The notes under the pieces: model-generated | The model's database searches: none | The model's input: the letters and a program-made list of their open reading frames with translations, nothing else | What the model was told of the DNA's origin: nothing | Program-made: the position numbers and the translations under genes | Shown here: piece after piece, positions 11,724-25,216 of the stretch | How positions within the stretch are numbered: position 1 is the stretch's first letter | Layout: each line of letters opens with the position of its first letter | From: Saccostrea echinata | Taxonomy: Eukaryota | NCBI RefSeq assembly: GCF_033153115.1 | Contig: NW_026889794.1 | Span: forward strand, 4,278,001 to 4,342,000 | Reading direction: 5' to 3' | DNA: 64,000 nt

Positions 11724-13372
11724 AACTAGAAATATGTCCATAGGACATGAATGCCCCGCCAAGGGTATATTAGTAATGCAACATTTTAACACAAATTGAG
11801 AAAAGTGAGGTCAAGGTCAAAGGAAAGGTCAAGGTCAAAAAATATTGCTGCAGTTGAATAGCTTACATCAGTATGTATCAGCATATGACGTTTGATTCAG
11901 AAACTAATTTAAGAAAAGTGAGGTCAAGATCAAAGGAAAGGTCAAGATCAAAAAATGTTGATGTAGTTGAAAAGGTTACATCAGTATGTATTAGCATATG
12001 AAGTTTGATGAAAATATTATGAATGGTTTCTTTAAAACTGAGCTAAACACTAATTTAAGAAAAGTGAGGTCAAGGTCAAAGGAAAGGTCAAGGTCAAAAA
12101 ATATTGATGCAGTTGAATAGCTTACATCAGTATGTATCAGCATATGAAGTTTGACACTAATTTAAGAAAAGTGAGGTCAAGGTCAAAGGAAAGGTCAAGG
12201 TCAAAAAATGTTGATGCAGTTGAAAAGGTTACATCAGTATGTATTAGCATATGAAGTTTGATGAAAATATTATGAATGGTTTCTTTAAAACTGAGCTAAA
12301 CATTAATTTAAGAAAAGTGAGGTCAAGGTCAAAGGAAAGGTCAATGTCAAAAAATATTGATGCAATTGAATAGCTCTCATCAGTATGTATCAGCATATGA
12401 AGTTTGACACTAATTTAAGAAAAGTGAGGTCAAGGTCAAAGGAAAGGTCAAGGTCAAAAAATGTTGATGCAGTTGAATAGCTCTCATCAGTATGTATCAG
12501 CATATGAAGTTTGATAACACTATCTTGAATGGTATCTTTAATACTGAGCTAAAAACTTATTTAAGAAAAGTGAGGTCAAGGTCAAAGGAAAGGTCAAGGT
12601 AAAAAATATTGATGCAGTTGAATAGCTCTCATCAGTATGTATCAGCATAAGAAGTTTGACACTAATTTAAGAAAAGTGAGGTCAAGGTCAAAGGAAAGGT
12701 CAAGGTCAAAAAATGTTGATGCAGTTGAATAGCTCTCATCAGTATGTATCAGCATATGAAGTTTGATAACACTATCTTGAATGGTATCTTTAATACTGAG
12801 CTAAAAACTTATTTAAGAAAAGTGAGGTCAAGGTCAAAGGAAAGGTCAAGGTAAAAAATATTGATGCAGTTGAATAGCTCTCATCAGTATGTATCAGCAT
12901 ATGAAGTTTGTTAAAAATATCTTGAATGGTTTCATTAAAACAGAGCTAAACATTAATTTAAGAAAAGTGAGGTCAAGGTCAAAATAAAGGTCAAGATCAA
13001 AAAAATGTTGATGCAATTGAATAGCTTACATCAGTATGTATCAACATATGAAGTTTGATAACACTATCTTGAATGGTATCTTTAAAACTGAGCTAAACAC
13101 TAATTTAAGAAAAGTGAGGTCAAGGTCAAAGGAAAGGTCAAGGTCAAAAAATGTTGATGCAGTTGCATATTCCTCATCAATATCTATCAGCATATGAAGT
13201 TTGATAAAAATATCTTGGATAGTTTCTTTGAAACTGAGCTTTGAACAGAGCTAAACGCAAAGTGTGACGGAAGGACAGACGGAAGGACGGAAGGACAGAA
13301 GGACGGAAGGACGGAAGACGGACATGACAAACACTATATGCCCCGGCCATATTCATGGCGGGGCATAAAAAA
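11724..13372 (-). mobile_element. Helentron-associated non-autonomous element (HINE) with internal 146/107-bp tandem array, copy 1
   Basis: One end is AACTAGAAATATGTCC...ATGCCCCGC. There are 11 internal repeat units, then a (GGAA/GGAC)n microsatellite and the terminal hairpin ATGCCCCGGCCATATTCATGGCGGGGCAT followed by an A-run. Same family as 17702-18718. Confidence 0.85.
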
Positions 13373-13627
13373 GTTTATACAAAACAGAATAATATGTGCT
13401 TATTCTATTTCCTCTTTTTTCTATGCATTACTTCATATGTCTAAAATTCCTCAAATGCTACAATACTCAACATTTGCTCTGAATCATCTATGCTACCAAG
13501 TGTTTCTGATTTGCTGGACTCCCCACAAACCCAAGGGTTTGGGAGTGAAACACTTGGTAAATGAAGATTGCATTGGATGTATAAAAGGACATTGACGCGT
13601 AGCTTAAAGATTTCAAAATGATTCTAG

Positions 13628-15440
13628 CTATAGAGTGCTTTTGTTCTCTACTCCTAGTATTTCGTTCTGATTATAAACACTTTCCTCCATCTGTAAGTAC
13701 ATTGGATACTTGTCAACCCCGCGACATTTAGCTTTATGCCGCTGTAAATGGTATTTTGTGTAGTAGTTTTTGTCACATAACTCACAGTGAAAGTTCTTCT
13801 GTCCAGTGTGAATAAGAATGTGTCTTTTGTAGTTTTGCTTTTTAGTAAAGGTCTTTTCGCAGGACTCACACTGAAAAAGACCAGATTTCGTATGGATTTT
13901 CTCATGGAGTTTTCGATCTGTGTCCCGGTTGAACGTTCTTTCACAAAATGTGCACCTGAGTTTTTCCACTTTATGAATTCCCATGTGAGACTCCAAATGT
14001 GCCTTTTGTCGAAAAGATTTATGACACAATTCACATTGAAAATTTCTTTCACCTGAAAAAAGATACATAATTTCAAACCTGCTTCTATAAAATACACAAA
14101 AGTATACGCTTCAGCCTATCAAACTGAGAAATCTCTTCTTTTTTTTCTACATACTTTACATAGTGCATGATTGTTTTATTGATTGAATTAAGTATTATGT
14201 CTCAACTACATACAAGTAATGAAACAAGAGGCCCAGGGGCCACATCGCTCACCTGAGCACTCTGCCTAGGAAAAAGCAGAAATCAGTTCAGTCTTGAAAA
14301 GTTTTGTTATAAAAGTGGTTTGAGGGGGGAGGGGGGGGGGGTTATTTTGAACTTGAATCTATACTTCAAAGGGATGCTTTTGAATTAATATGACAAATAA
14401 TGGCTATGCTGTTCTTAGGAAGACAATTTTTATTGATATATCATTTATATTCTTTTGTATAACTATGATCCCCTGTTATGGCCCCTCTATTCTCCTGGGG
14501 GTTCATGATTTGAACAAAATTTGAATCTACATTACCTGAGGATGCTTGCATTTAAATATGACTAATTATTGCTTTGCTGTTCTTCAGAAGAAGATTTTAA
14601 AAGGCTTGCTTTTTCCTATGTATTCCTATGTAAAACTTTGATTGCCCATTGTGGCCCCACCCTACCCCTGGGAGGTCATGATTTAAACAAACTTGAATCT
14701 ACACTACCTGAGAATGCACCCATAAAAAAAAAACAATCATGGCTTTGCTGTTCTTGAGAAAAAGATTTTTACAAATTTTTCCTAAGGCCCCACCTTACCC
14801 CCAGGGTCATGATTGGAACAAACTTGAACCTGCACTACTTGAGGATGCTTCCATGTAAATATGACCAATCATGGCTTTGTTGTTCTTGTGAAGAAGATTT
14901 TTACAGATTTTTCCTATGTATTCTTATTTAAAACTTGGATCGCCCATTGTGGCTCCACCCTACCCCCGGGGGTCATGATTGGAACAAACTTGAATCTACA
15001 CTACCTGAGCATGCTTCCATATAAATATAACCATTCATGGCTTTGCTGTTCTTGAGAAGAAGATTTTTAAAGAATTTTCCTATATATTCCTATGTAAAAC
15101 TTTGATCGCCCATTGTGGCCCCACCCTACCCCCGGGGGTCATGATTTGAACAAACTTGAATCTACACTACATGAGGATGCTACTACATAAATATAACCAA
15201 TCATGGCTTTGCTGTTCTTTTTAAAGAATTTTCCTATATATTCCTATGTAAAACTTTGATCGCTCATTGTGGCCCCACCCTACCCCCAGGGGTCATGATT
15301 TGAACAAACTTGAATCTACACTACCTGAGGATGCTTCCATATAAGTTTCATATTTTCAAGCACAGTGGTTCTTGAGAAGAAGATTTTTAAATGATGCCAT
15401 TAATTTTTCATGAATTCATGATTATCTCCCCTTGGAAGAA

Positions 15441-15517
<77 letters not shown>

Positions 15518-15593
15518 CCAGTAGTTCTGGAGAAGAAGATGAAATTGTGAAAAGTTTACAACAACAACGACAACAACGCCGACGACGACGACA

Positions 15594-15655
<62 letters not shown>

Positions 15656-18600
15656 TGTTCTCGTAGAATTCCAATATGTATTTCAGTTAAAAAGGGAAAT
15701 AACTCTGTATTAACCTGAGTGCTTACAATTTTCTAACACACTATAAGAAACTCCGTTTTACAAAATACAGAAGTATAGCAGATCATAAACATGGGAAATT
15801 ATTGAATCAGGTAATTGTAACTGCTCTCTGCAAATAATGAGTTTTGCTACGAAGGGAAGTCATGAACCATTTAATATTCAATTGCATATTTACATAGAAT
15901 GTTTCATCAGTTGCAAAAATTATTAGTCTTGTGTGGATTTCATACTGATGTATCATGCATACAAATTAATGCTAATAATGGTTGGTTTACAGAATACATT
16001 GTATAACATGGAAATTTATAGCCTTACCTTTGTGGACTGCTAAGTGTTTTTTGAGATTACTGTTACTGGCCAGCACTTTCTTACAAAATGGACAAGTGAT
16101 GAGTTCTAAGGGATCGGATTTTTGTTTCCTGGATTTGGATTTCAGACAGAAAGGATCATTATCATCCACTGGATTACAGAGGGCTTCCTTGTGTATGTCT
16201 GCAAGATGCTGCCTCAGACCCTGCTTTTTACGGAACATTCTGGCGCAGACTGGGCACTCGTTGACACTTCCTGGTTTGGGAATCAGTGAGAAACCTGTGA
16301 GAGATCAAACAGAAATATGTTAATGTACCTATACTAATTATATATTTAGAAATATTACTTCGAGATTACACCATTATTTTTAGGAAAAAAAATTGTTCTT
16401 ATACATGTACATCAGGATATATATGGATTAATTTATTCATTTTGGAGATTCTTTATGCACTGAATGATCATTTTTAGCAATGCACTGCATTATAAAATGT
16501 ACAAGGTCTGTTTACAAATTTTTCAATGTATACTGATGAAAATTTGTATGTACACATCACCTTGTGTGATTTATGACAAAGTGAAATTCAAAAAAATGAA
16601 TATTTAATGCTTATACACATACAAATATCAATTCTAAAAACTTATATTTGCCCTCATTTACTACTAATTTCAATTTTTTCTCAACCTAATTTACCATTGT
16701 GTCATCATATTCTGCACTGATGATGATCTGACAAATGAAATGCAAGTTTTATTAAGGAGTTATGAGCAAAATTTTTAAATAGAGTACATGCACTCAAAAA
16801 ATATGATACCAGTATTTCACATTATGAAATGGTTATTAGAATGACACATTTATGAAGTAATTATATTCTTTATCAGGTATATACATGTAACTGTGTACTT
16901 TTTAAGTTTCTAAACATTTACCACAAATCACAGCATACTCCTTGGAGAACCAGTACAAGAGTTCTTCCCCTTCTCTGATGTCTCTTTTGGCAAAGAAGAA
17001 CAACGACCTTCCCACCTGATGTACGATCAAGTTCTGCTCCACGATGTTCTGAGCAGGGCGTATGAATCTCAACCAATTACTAAGTTCTTCATCCTCAGTT
17101 GTAATATAGTGACAATCATTTTCTGCCATTACCTGAAAGTAAATCCAATTCAGCTAATATTGTTGGGATACTACCCAGTAAATAAACTGTGAATGTGTCA
17201 TCATCCATATACTGAATATATGAAGTTTAAAAGTCATCTGATCCTTAAAGACATAAGATGAAGTGATTTAAATAAGAACTTTTGTTCAGATGAGCTAATA
17301 AATATTCACAAGCATAGGTGTGTATTTTGAAAATTAGACAAATCCACATTAAATTCCATGTCCCACGATAATGAAACAACTTAGCCCAAAGTCAAAATCC
17401 ATAAATTGACCTTATTAGTATAGTACATGTAGTCAAATAGTCCAAACATAAATGTTATTCAAGATTGCATCACCAAGGTGTGTATATCTGCCAATTCAAA
17501 ATTTCATTTACACAGCATCTGAAAAAATAAGGTGTCTACCTTTAGCCATTACTCATCTGTGTTGCAAATACATTGCATAAAGTTAAAAGATACTTGTGTT
17601 ATTGTGTCACATAAAAGTGTTGACACAACGAAGATGGGTGGATGGACAAACATAGGGATTATTATAGGGCACCCACACTTTCATGCTGGACCCTAATTAA
17701 TACTAGAAATATGTCCATAGGACATGAATGCCCCGCAGAGGGTATATTAGTAATGCAACATGAAAATTTGTATTAGTGTATGAAATTTGATGAGAATATC
17801 TTGAATAGTTTCTTTAAAATTGAAATTGAAATCTAAAAAGTTGGATATAGATGATAAGTTCTCACCAAATTATGTATAAGTGCATAAACTTACACAAATA
17901 TATCTTAAATGGTTTCTTTAAAATTAAGCAAAATGCAAATCTAAGAAAAGTGAGGTCAAGGTCACAAGAAAGTTCAAGGTCAAATGTTTTAGAAGCAATT
18001 GAATACTTCTCACAAATATGTATCAGCATATTTAAGTTTGATAAAAAAATTTTGAATGGTTTATTTAAAACTGAGCTAAACACTAATTTAATATAAATGA
18101 AGTTAAGGTCAAAGGAAAGGTCAAGGTCAAAAAATGTTGATGCAATTGAAAAGGTTACATCAGTATGTATTAACATATAAAGTTTGATAAAAATATCATG
18201 AATGGTTTCTTTAAAACTTAGTAAACACACATAAAGAAAAGTGAGGTCAAGGTCAAAGGAAAGGTCAAGGTCAAAAAATATTGATGCAGTTGAATAGCTT
18301 ACATCAGTATGTATCAGCATATGAAGTTTGACACTAATTTAAGAAAAGTGAGGTCAAGGTCAAAAAATGTTGATGCAGTTGAATAGCTCTCTCATCAATA
18401 TGTATCAACATATGAAGTTTGATAACACTGTATTGAATGGAATCTTTAAAATTGAGCTAAACACTAATTTAAGAAAAGTGAGGTCAAGGTCAAAGGAAAA
18501 GTCAAGGTCAAAAAATGTTGATGCAGTTGCATAGCTCTCATCAACATCTCTCAACATATGAAGTTTGATAAAAATATCTTGGATAGTTTCTTTGAAACCT

Positions 18601-21600
18601 AGCTTTGAACAGAGCTAAACAATAAGCGTGACGGAAAGACAGATGGAAGGATGGAAGGACAGAAGAAGGACATGACAAACACTATATGCCCCGGCCATAT
18701 TCATGGCGGGGCATAAAACCTGGCTTACTCTCCACTCTGGGAATGATCCTTCTGTTTCTAATGTTGTTATATCTTTCCCAATCAGTGGTCCAAACTTTGT
18801 ATGTGCCCCCAAACCTTTCAGTGCATAGACACCTTCAGGAGCTGAAACCAACAAGTAACAACTTTGTAATATTTATAAAAATAGGAAACTACCAGTACAA
18901 TCATTTTTCTAAGTGTTCAAGTTTTGTGTTTATTCTAGCACACAGACATAGGTTCTTTTTTCAAAGGACAAGATTTCTTTACTATACATATACTCAGTAT
19001 GGTGATTTTAATCACATTAAATCTTATTATAATAAGAATGCTGAATGACTGTGTCCAAGAGCTACCATAATTGTCTAACATGAGTAGATATTGAAAGGAA
19101 AAAGTTGAAGATAACGAACAGTGATCCATCTCATAAAATATTTTTTTTTGTTTAAATCATCTTAAAAAATATTTTTCATTTAATTCATCTTGAAAAATGT
19201 TAAGACTTTACTCTGTGAGGACATAGAAGACTTTGAGAGCCTGATTTCCAGACAGCTTGGCATAGACAGACGAGCCCTGGAGGGGATGACTTTGTCTGTA
19301 ATGTGGGTATACTGAACGGGACTCAGGCAGGTGCACTTAGAACTGTCACAGGTAACACAATCTAAAACAGAGCAAATCTAGTTATTACACATGGTGTGAC
19401 AAGAGTAGGAAAGAGTTAATACAGTCGGTTAGACATACATGTAACAGTTGCTACCGCACATCAATGATGTAGCTAATAACCTAGATGTTTAATAAGTAAA
19501 AGATATACCATACAATTTTGACTGTTTTGTGGTGTAGTGTAAATTATATCATGGTATATGTATATCCACAACTAACTTTTCTATAGAGTCAATGGGGGCA
19601 ATATAGGTTGTAAGTAAGAGTAATGCATACTGGGCAGTGCATTTCGATTATTTCTATAAGAGGTCTATATCTAAGTCATCTAAACTATCTGATAAATAAA
19701 TAACTGATCAATAAAACCCATTACTGTTGCCAACAACACATTAATGAATTTGGAGAATACTAAGGTACCTGTTTGAAATGTTTCAAAATTATTCAAACTT
19801 ACAGTCTACTGAAAAGTCTACAGCTTGAGTTGATGGGGTTTTCTTAACTTTTGGATCTGAAATAATGAAATGGCAATTGAGCATCCATACATACATGTAT
19901 GTACATGTATAATTAACATTAATCAATGGACACATGCTGATCTACAGTGTACTCACAGGTACAAGTATAATGTATATCTTAGTTTGAGTAAGTTCATGAA
20001 CATCTGTGCAAGATACTGTTTACAGGGAAATTTTCGCTCCCGTTTTATTTTCGCCCCTTTCGCCCTTCTCAGAGGTGGGCGAATTTAAAACAGGGCGAAT
20101 TCAAAGAACACAGTATAATCTCTTAAACAGAACTGCAACTGGGCGAATTTAAAACGGGGCAAAGTTGTTTGCAAGTGTGAAAGGGCAAAAATAATATGGG
20201 GCGAAAATAACCCTGTATACAGTAAAACTTTAATGCATGTTAAGATAAAATGACTTGTCTTCCATTCACATTCTTCAGTGCTTGCACTTTGCACTGAAGA
20301 GCTACCTATGGTTAATTTATATACAATAATGATCATTTACGTACATCATAATGTACATATATCTTAACATCACCTATCTTATACATGTAAATTTTTTTCA
20401 TTGAGAATGAACACCTAATAATTATAAAGGTCACACAGCCTTTGTGGCTACCTTCAGACTGTATAGCTGCGTTGATGTTTTCTATGGTGAGGTTGGACGG
20501 AAGTGTGACATCATCCGTATCCGCGGAGGACTGGAGGTAGTTAGTAAGACTATTCTGAATGGCAGCGTAGTCCTGGTAGTTCATCGTAGCCACTGAAAAA
20601 AAAAAACCACACTCCAAAATCTGCAATCTGATGATGTCTAGCCAAATATTGCACCATAGTTATTTGATGAATACATTTAATGAAGAATGACATTCAGTAA
20701 AAATTGTTTATAATAGAATCCTTGAGACATAAATTTTTAGTTCTAACCCATATTTTAAACCAAATTTCTCTGTATTCATATATAGAGACAGTTATGACAT
20801 GAGGGATAAGAAATGATATAACTTCCTTTTTACAGAGATTTCCTTATACCCAAGCTCCTTATAAGTGAGTTTTATTGTACATGTAATTTTTGTGATATAA
20901 AATTAAGGAAGCAACAACAAAAGATAATAAAATAAAACTGGTTATGTCTGCTACTCAGGCAGATTGCAATTTAAAACTTCAATGTCTTTAAATGTAGCAT
21001 TCACTTTTAAAATTTTGAAATTAATTAGTTGCATGAAATTTGGATTAAATATCTTGGATCAAGTTTCTTCAATTAAGAAATAAAAATAAAGAAGTAAAAC
21101 CATTGGAATTATTCATACCGGTAAATTTTATACATATTCACAATTCTTTATAAATCTTAAAAATCCTTATTTCTTGTAACGAGTAATTTAAAATGGGTGC
21201 AAACACACAGAAATTTTAGACTGAATGTGTTCTTCTTTTGGCAAGATTTATATTTTGACACCTTTAATGCGATCTTTAGTCAGGGATAGACATTAACTTT
21301 CAGATTCACTTGCCCTTCGGGCAAGTGATCTCAAACTTTGACTTGTCCGAATGCAAAACTTGGTTGCCCAAAATTAGGATGGAACTTAAGACGAAAATTA
21401 TTAATTACTGCAAGCGTTATGAAAAGAAAAAATGTGACGATATACACTACTGTCAATTTGGCAAGTTGAGCTACCGGGTACCTGAAAAAATTTCGATCCT
21501 GTATTTGTACATAAATGTATATCGCTGTACTTGTAAATTTAACCTGTTAACTCACACTGCCATTCAGCAATAACCCTCCGTTTCCTTTTTTAAAAATTCA

Positions 21601-23898
21601 TATTTTTGAAAATTATTTGCGGTAGGATCATTTTGTGATTCGTGATTTTCAGCGATAACTGTGAAGCAACGCTTAAGGAAGATAGTTGCTACGGAACATA
21701 CATCTTACCTTGATCAGGATACAACGTGTTACACTGTACTTATATTCTGTGCGTGATTAATCTAATTTCCTAAAAAGAAGTTTAACAAAATGTTGTTACT
21801 CGTAGAGCGTATTTCCTATGAAAGAAAACAACGAACTCGATTTTTAAATGAACGGTATAATCCAGAAATGCTACCAAGGAATTTCGAATGCAAAACATTG
21901 TCAGTCAGGTGCGTTGCAGAAATCAAGTGCTCAATTTATTGTTTTATCTATAAATTAATGTAAACTAAATAAATATGTACATTTGTGTGAGAAAAATTCA
22001 CTTGCCCGATCGGACAAGTATGTCGATGATTTCACTTGCCCGAACTGAGAATTTACTTGTCCCGGGCAATCGGACAACCGTTAATGTCGATCCCTGTTAG
22101 TGTTCTAATTCATAACTACCACTAAAATATTACTTTATCACAGTATTATACATGAAAAATACAAAAGATTTAGAACTTAATCAACATAGTGCTAAATAGT
22201 ACATCATTTATATTTTAATGCCAAACTTTAAAAGTACTAGCACATACAGAATGTACAAGTACTGTAAAAAAAGAATACAGTGAAACAAACCTGCCACTTG
22301 TGTATTAGAGGTTGACTGCAGTAGGCCCTCCACTGCCATAGTGTCAGAAGATGTAGTGACTGCATAGAACTGCTCCAACTGATCCCCACTGATCAGCAGT
22401 GACTGGGCAGGGTTTTGAATTGAGCCCAGGGAGGGATCTTGTTTAACAGAGATCATTTGATTGGCTGTTTGTCCCAGGGTTGCTGTATCAGCATAAGAAA
22501 CTTGGTTGTTGATTAGCTGTCTTAGGTAGGTCACCTGTGAGGCATCAATTGGCTGAGAATGTGATGTCTCCGTGACAATAGATGATGGGGCTGAAGTTGA
22601 TTGGTTGGATGAAGATGATGAGATTACTGAAAGAGAGGACGGAATGCACACTGGAATACTGGGTACAATTGAGGCCAGAGCAATGGTAGATCCAGCTGAC
22701 TGTGTGATGGATGGAATTGCTGGTAGAGACACATTACTTGATGGAACTGGTTGGACAGAGCCATCACTGTTCAATAAATGACAAATGTCAACACTTTGCG
22801 AGACTGGAATAATGTCCGAATTTGCTGTAGTTTCACCAGATGACTGGTTAAGAATGTTTAAAAGTGCCTGACATGTTGCACTGTTTTGTAAGGACGGATT
22901 AGTCAGGATTAGATTTATCATACTCTGAAGACCAGCTATCTGTGCATCAGTATTAGAATTTGGATTTTGCAAAAAACTGCCATCAATACCCTCCAACTGA
23001 TCAGCATTTTCTATGCCTGACACCTCTAGTTGGTTGGCCTGGGCATTTCCCTGAGCTAGGGTTGCCAGCTGTGATAACAGGGCACTTGTCTGGTGACAGT
23101 TTGCTGTAGAAGAAGAGTCTGGGGGAAACACTCCTGAAAGGACAGACTTATCAACAGGTATGACTTCTTGGATTGCTTTGATGCTGTTCCCCTCTATCGT
23201 TGAATTATGGGATTGTTCAGATGTACTCACAATAGATGAGGTAGCACTTGGTGGTGTGATGGGGGAAAGAAGCTGACGAATTGATTGCAGTCCTGTGTGT
23301 CGAATCAATGACTTCAGTGGTGGCAATGTTCCTGCAAGGTATTATATATCAAAGTCATGAGTTCTTAGTGTTCACATAATGTGTTACCAAAGGCTATAGG
23401 CGCTAAGAAAACATCTTTCAAAATACTACATTGTATGTTTCAAAAGTAATTTTTTTTACCCTGTGTACTGTTTTGTTTATCTCCCATTCCTATAGAGACC
23501 ATTAGTGGAACAGTTTGAGATAAACTTGTCATAACTGTTGACGACGAAGGAACTGGAACGACTAAAAAAAAATATATCAAGATATGGGTGTCCATACTTC
23601 AATCCCTTTTACTTTGAATTATTTTATTATTTATATATTTTATATATTCAAATTAAAGAGTATTTTAATCAGGTGTTTGTTTAAAAGTAGGAAAGTTTAG
23701 TTATTAGTACTCAACTGTTAAATATTGAACAAATCAGAGAAATTTTGAACCTGTGGTATGTGTGGAGGCTGGTTCATTTTGTCCGTACAGTCCAACTACA
23801 CTCTGCCCGAACGCCCCCATGGCTGCACTGGTTAACTGGTCAATATTGATAGCCGACAATGTGTCCGTCATCGAGTCGTTGGATTCCGCTGTAGTCAT
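13628..23898 (-). CDS. PR/SET-domain zinc-finger protein (PRDM4-like architecture: long low-complexity N-terminus, zinc knuckle, PR domain, 6 zinc fingers), about 895 aa
   Basis: In-frame GT-AG exons: 23751-23898, 23460-23561, 22291-23331, 20452-20592, 20270-20305 (least certain), 19803-19856, 19212-19361, 18729-18841, 16922-17132, 16028-16294, 13628-14052. Motifs: YCVTCD...DKVIPSRARLSMP (knuckle); TKFGPLIG, SNWLRFIRPA..EQNL and GEELLYWFS (PR); five C2H2 fingers and one C2HC finger. Confidence 0.9.
14222..15655 (-). mobile_element. Helentron/HINE element carrying about 166-bp satellite monomers (Cg170-like), in the last PRDM intron
   Basis: One end is AAACAAGAGGCCC...GCTCACCTGAG. About 7 repeats of GATTTGAACAAACTTGAATCTACACTACCTGAGGATGC, a (CAA/CGA)n microsatellite, and the terminal hairpin AGCTCACTTGAGCCTTCGGCTCAGGTGAGCT followed by AAAAA. 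Confidence 0.88.
17702..18718 (-). mobile_element. HINE element, copy 2 of the 11724-13372 family, in a PRDM intron
   Basis: Same ends (ACTAGAAATATGTCCATAGGACATGAATGCCCCGC and ATGCCCCGGCCATATTCATGGCGGGGCATAAAA) and the same GAGGTCAAGGTCA units, but with a shorter array. Confidence 0.85.
20016..20222. mobile_element. TA-flanked MITE (Tc1/mariner-type target site)
   Basis: TA+CTGTTTACAGGGAAATTTTCGC ... GCGAAAATAACCCTGTATACAG+TA, with internal repeats of GGGCGAATTTAAAAC. Confidence 0.75.
21281..22096. mobile_element. Non-autonomous TIR element with CAGGG ends (hAT-like)
   Basis: CAGGGATAGACATTAAC ... GTTAATGTCGATCCCTG (17-bp imperfect TIR), with subterminal ACTTGCCC/ACTTGTCC repeats at both ends and a flanking TTAGT direct repeat. 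Confidence 0.8.
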
Positions 23899-24160
23899 AT
23901 CCTCGTGTTTTTCGAGTTATTTAACTTGGAAAATTCAGTTTTCTTACAACACGCCAAATCATTGTACTTAAAAATGATTATCAAGAACACAGTTCAATTA
24001 CATTTTACACAAATGGCAACATAACAACTTCAAAATCCTCTGCTTTATGAATATCTGTTAGAAATATATGTAGAAAAAAAATTGTTTAGCTTTTCCTAGA
24101 GGAAGTATTTAGCGAACGGTAAAAGTTGAGTGAAAATAATGGGAAAGCGCATTTCCGGAA

Positions 24161-24354
24161 NNNNNNNNNNNNNNNNNNNNNNNNNNNNNNNNNNNNNNNN
24201 NNNNNNNNNNNNNNNNNNNNNNNNNNNNNNNNNNNNNNNNNNNNNNNNNNNNNNNNNNNNNNNNNNNNNNNNNNNNNNNNNNNNNNNNNNNNNNNNNNNN
24301 NNNNNNNNNNNNNNNNNNNNNNNNNNNNNNNNNNNNNNNNNNNNNNNNNNNNNN
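24161..24354. other. Assembly gap (N run)
   Basis: Run of N bases. Confidence 1.
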
Positions 24355-24511
24355 TTACCCCCATCCCACCCCTGTCTTTTCCGATTGCATTAGAATAATG
24401 TACAATAGAATGACACAAAAGAAGAGAATTATTAAAAATATATATCTAAAAAAAACAGATTTTCATCGAAATGAAATTAATCTAATATAATCACATCTGA
24501 AGTCTTTCCCA

Positions 24512-25216
24512 ACCCGTAGGAAGCAATTTCACTTTGACGGGGCACAACCATACATTTTCAGTTGGGGGGGGGGGGGACTATGAACTACCAAAATTCCTTG
24601 ACAAGCAAAAAAAAAAAAAAAAAAAAAAAAGGCCATCAGACATTAATATTGAGGGGGCACAAGCATATAGCAGCTATGTTTTCTATAGTGTTCTATATAT
24701 CGGCAAAATTATTGGGGGCGGGGGGGGGGGGGGCACGCACCCCGTGCCCCCCGGTTCCTACGACCATGCTTTGAAAAGGGGGTGGGTTAAAATTTAGCTG
24801 ACATAATTTACTAAATTACGTGGGTGCAGGAATTTTTCCCGAAGGGGGGGGGGGGGGGAGTCGAGGTCCTTACTAACTCAGAAAATATCAGACTTGGAAA
24901 CAGCTTGAGAAGCAAAAAAAAAAGGGGGGGGGGGACATCCTGTCCAAACCTGAAAAGCTATTTCGTGTTTAGGGATATGGGGAGTGGATTGGTGAGGATA
25001 CGACAAATCCCTTTCCTAAACCAATTTCCTTCTAACATATGACTCTCCTTATCCATTTCCGAGGGGTCCGTGTTTACGAAGGGGTCCAAACTCATTTGGG
25101 GGGGGGGGGGTTGCTTTACCACAGAAATTCAATAACATTGAAAATCTTGGGAATTGGGAATTAAGGGGTCAGGATCCCTCTCCCGAACCAAACGCCCTTT
25201 TTAGATCCGAGCATGC
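24512..25216. repeat. Cluster of poly-G/poly-A tracts, probably decayed small TIR elements
   Basis: Five G-runs of about 10-14 nt interleaved with A-runs; a short inverted pair cgtaggaa / ttcctacg at about 24515 and 24760. Confidence 0.5.

Noticed and set aside
15477-15674. ORF containing SPEPKAQVSFSDQNLSVV and other ORFs inside HINEs (13338-13595, 14569-15055, 17851-18320, 26065-26427)
   Set aside because: They are translations of non-coding repeat termini and satellite units.
24086-24418. ORFs spanning the N run (also 32316-32567)
   Set aside because: Artefacts of translating assembly gaps.
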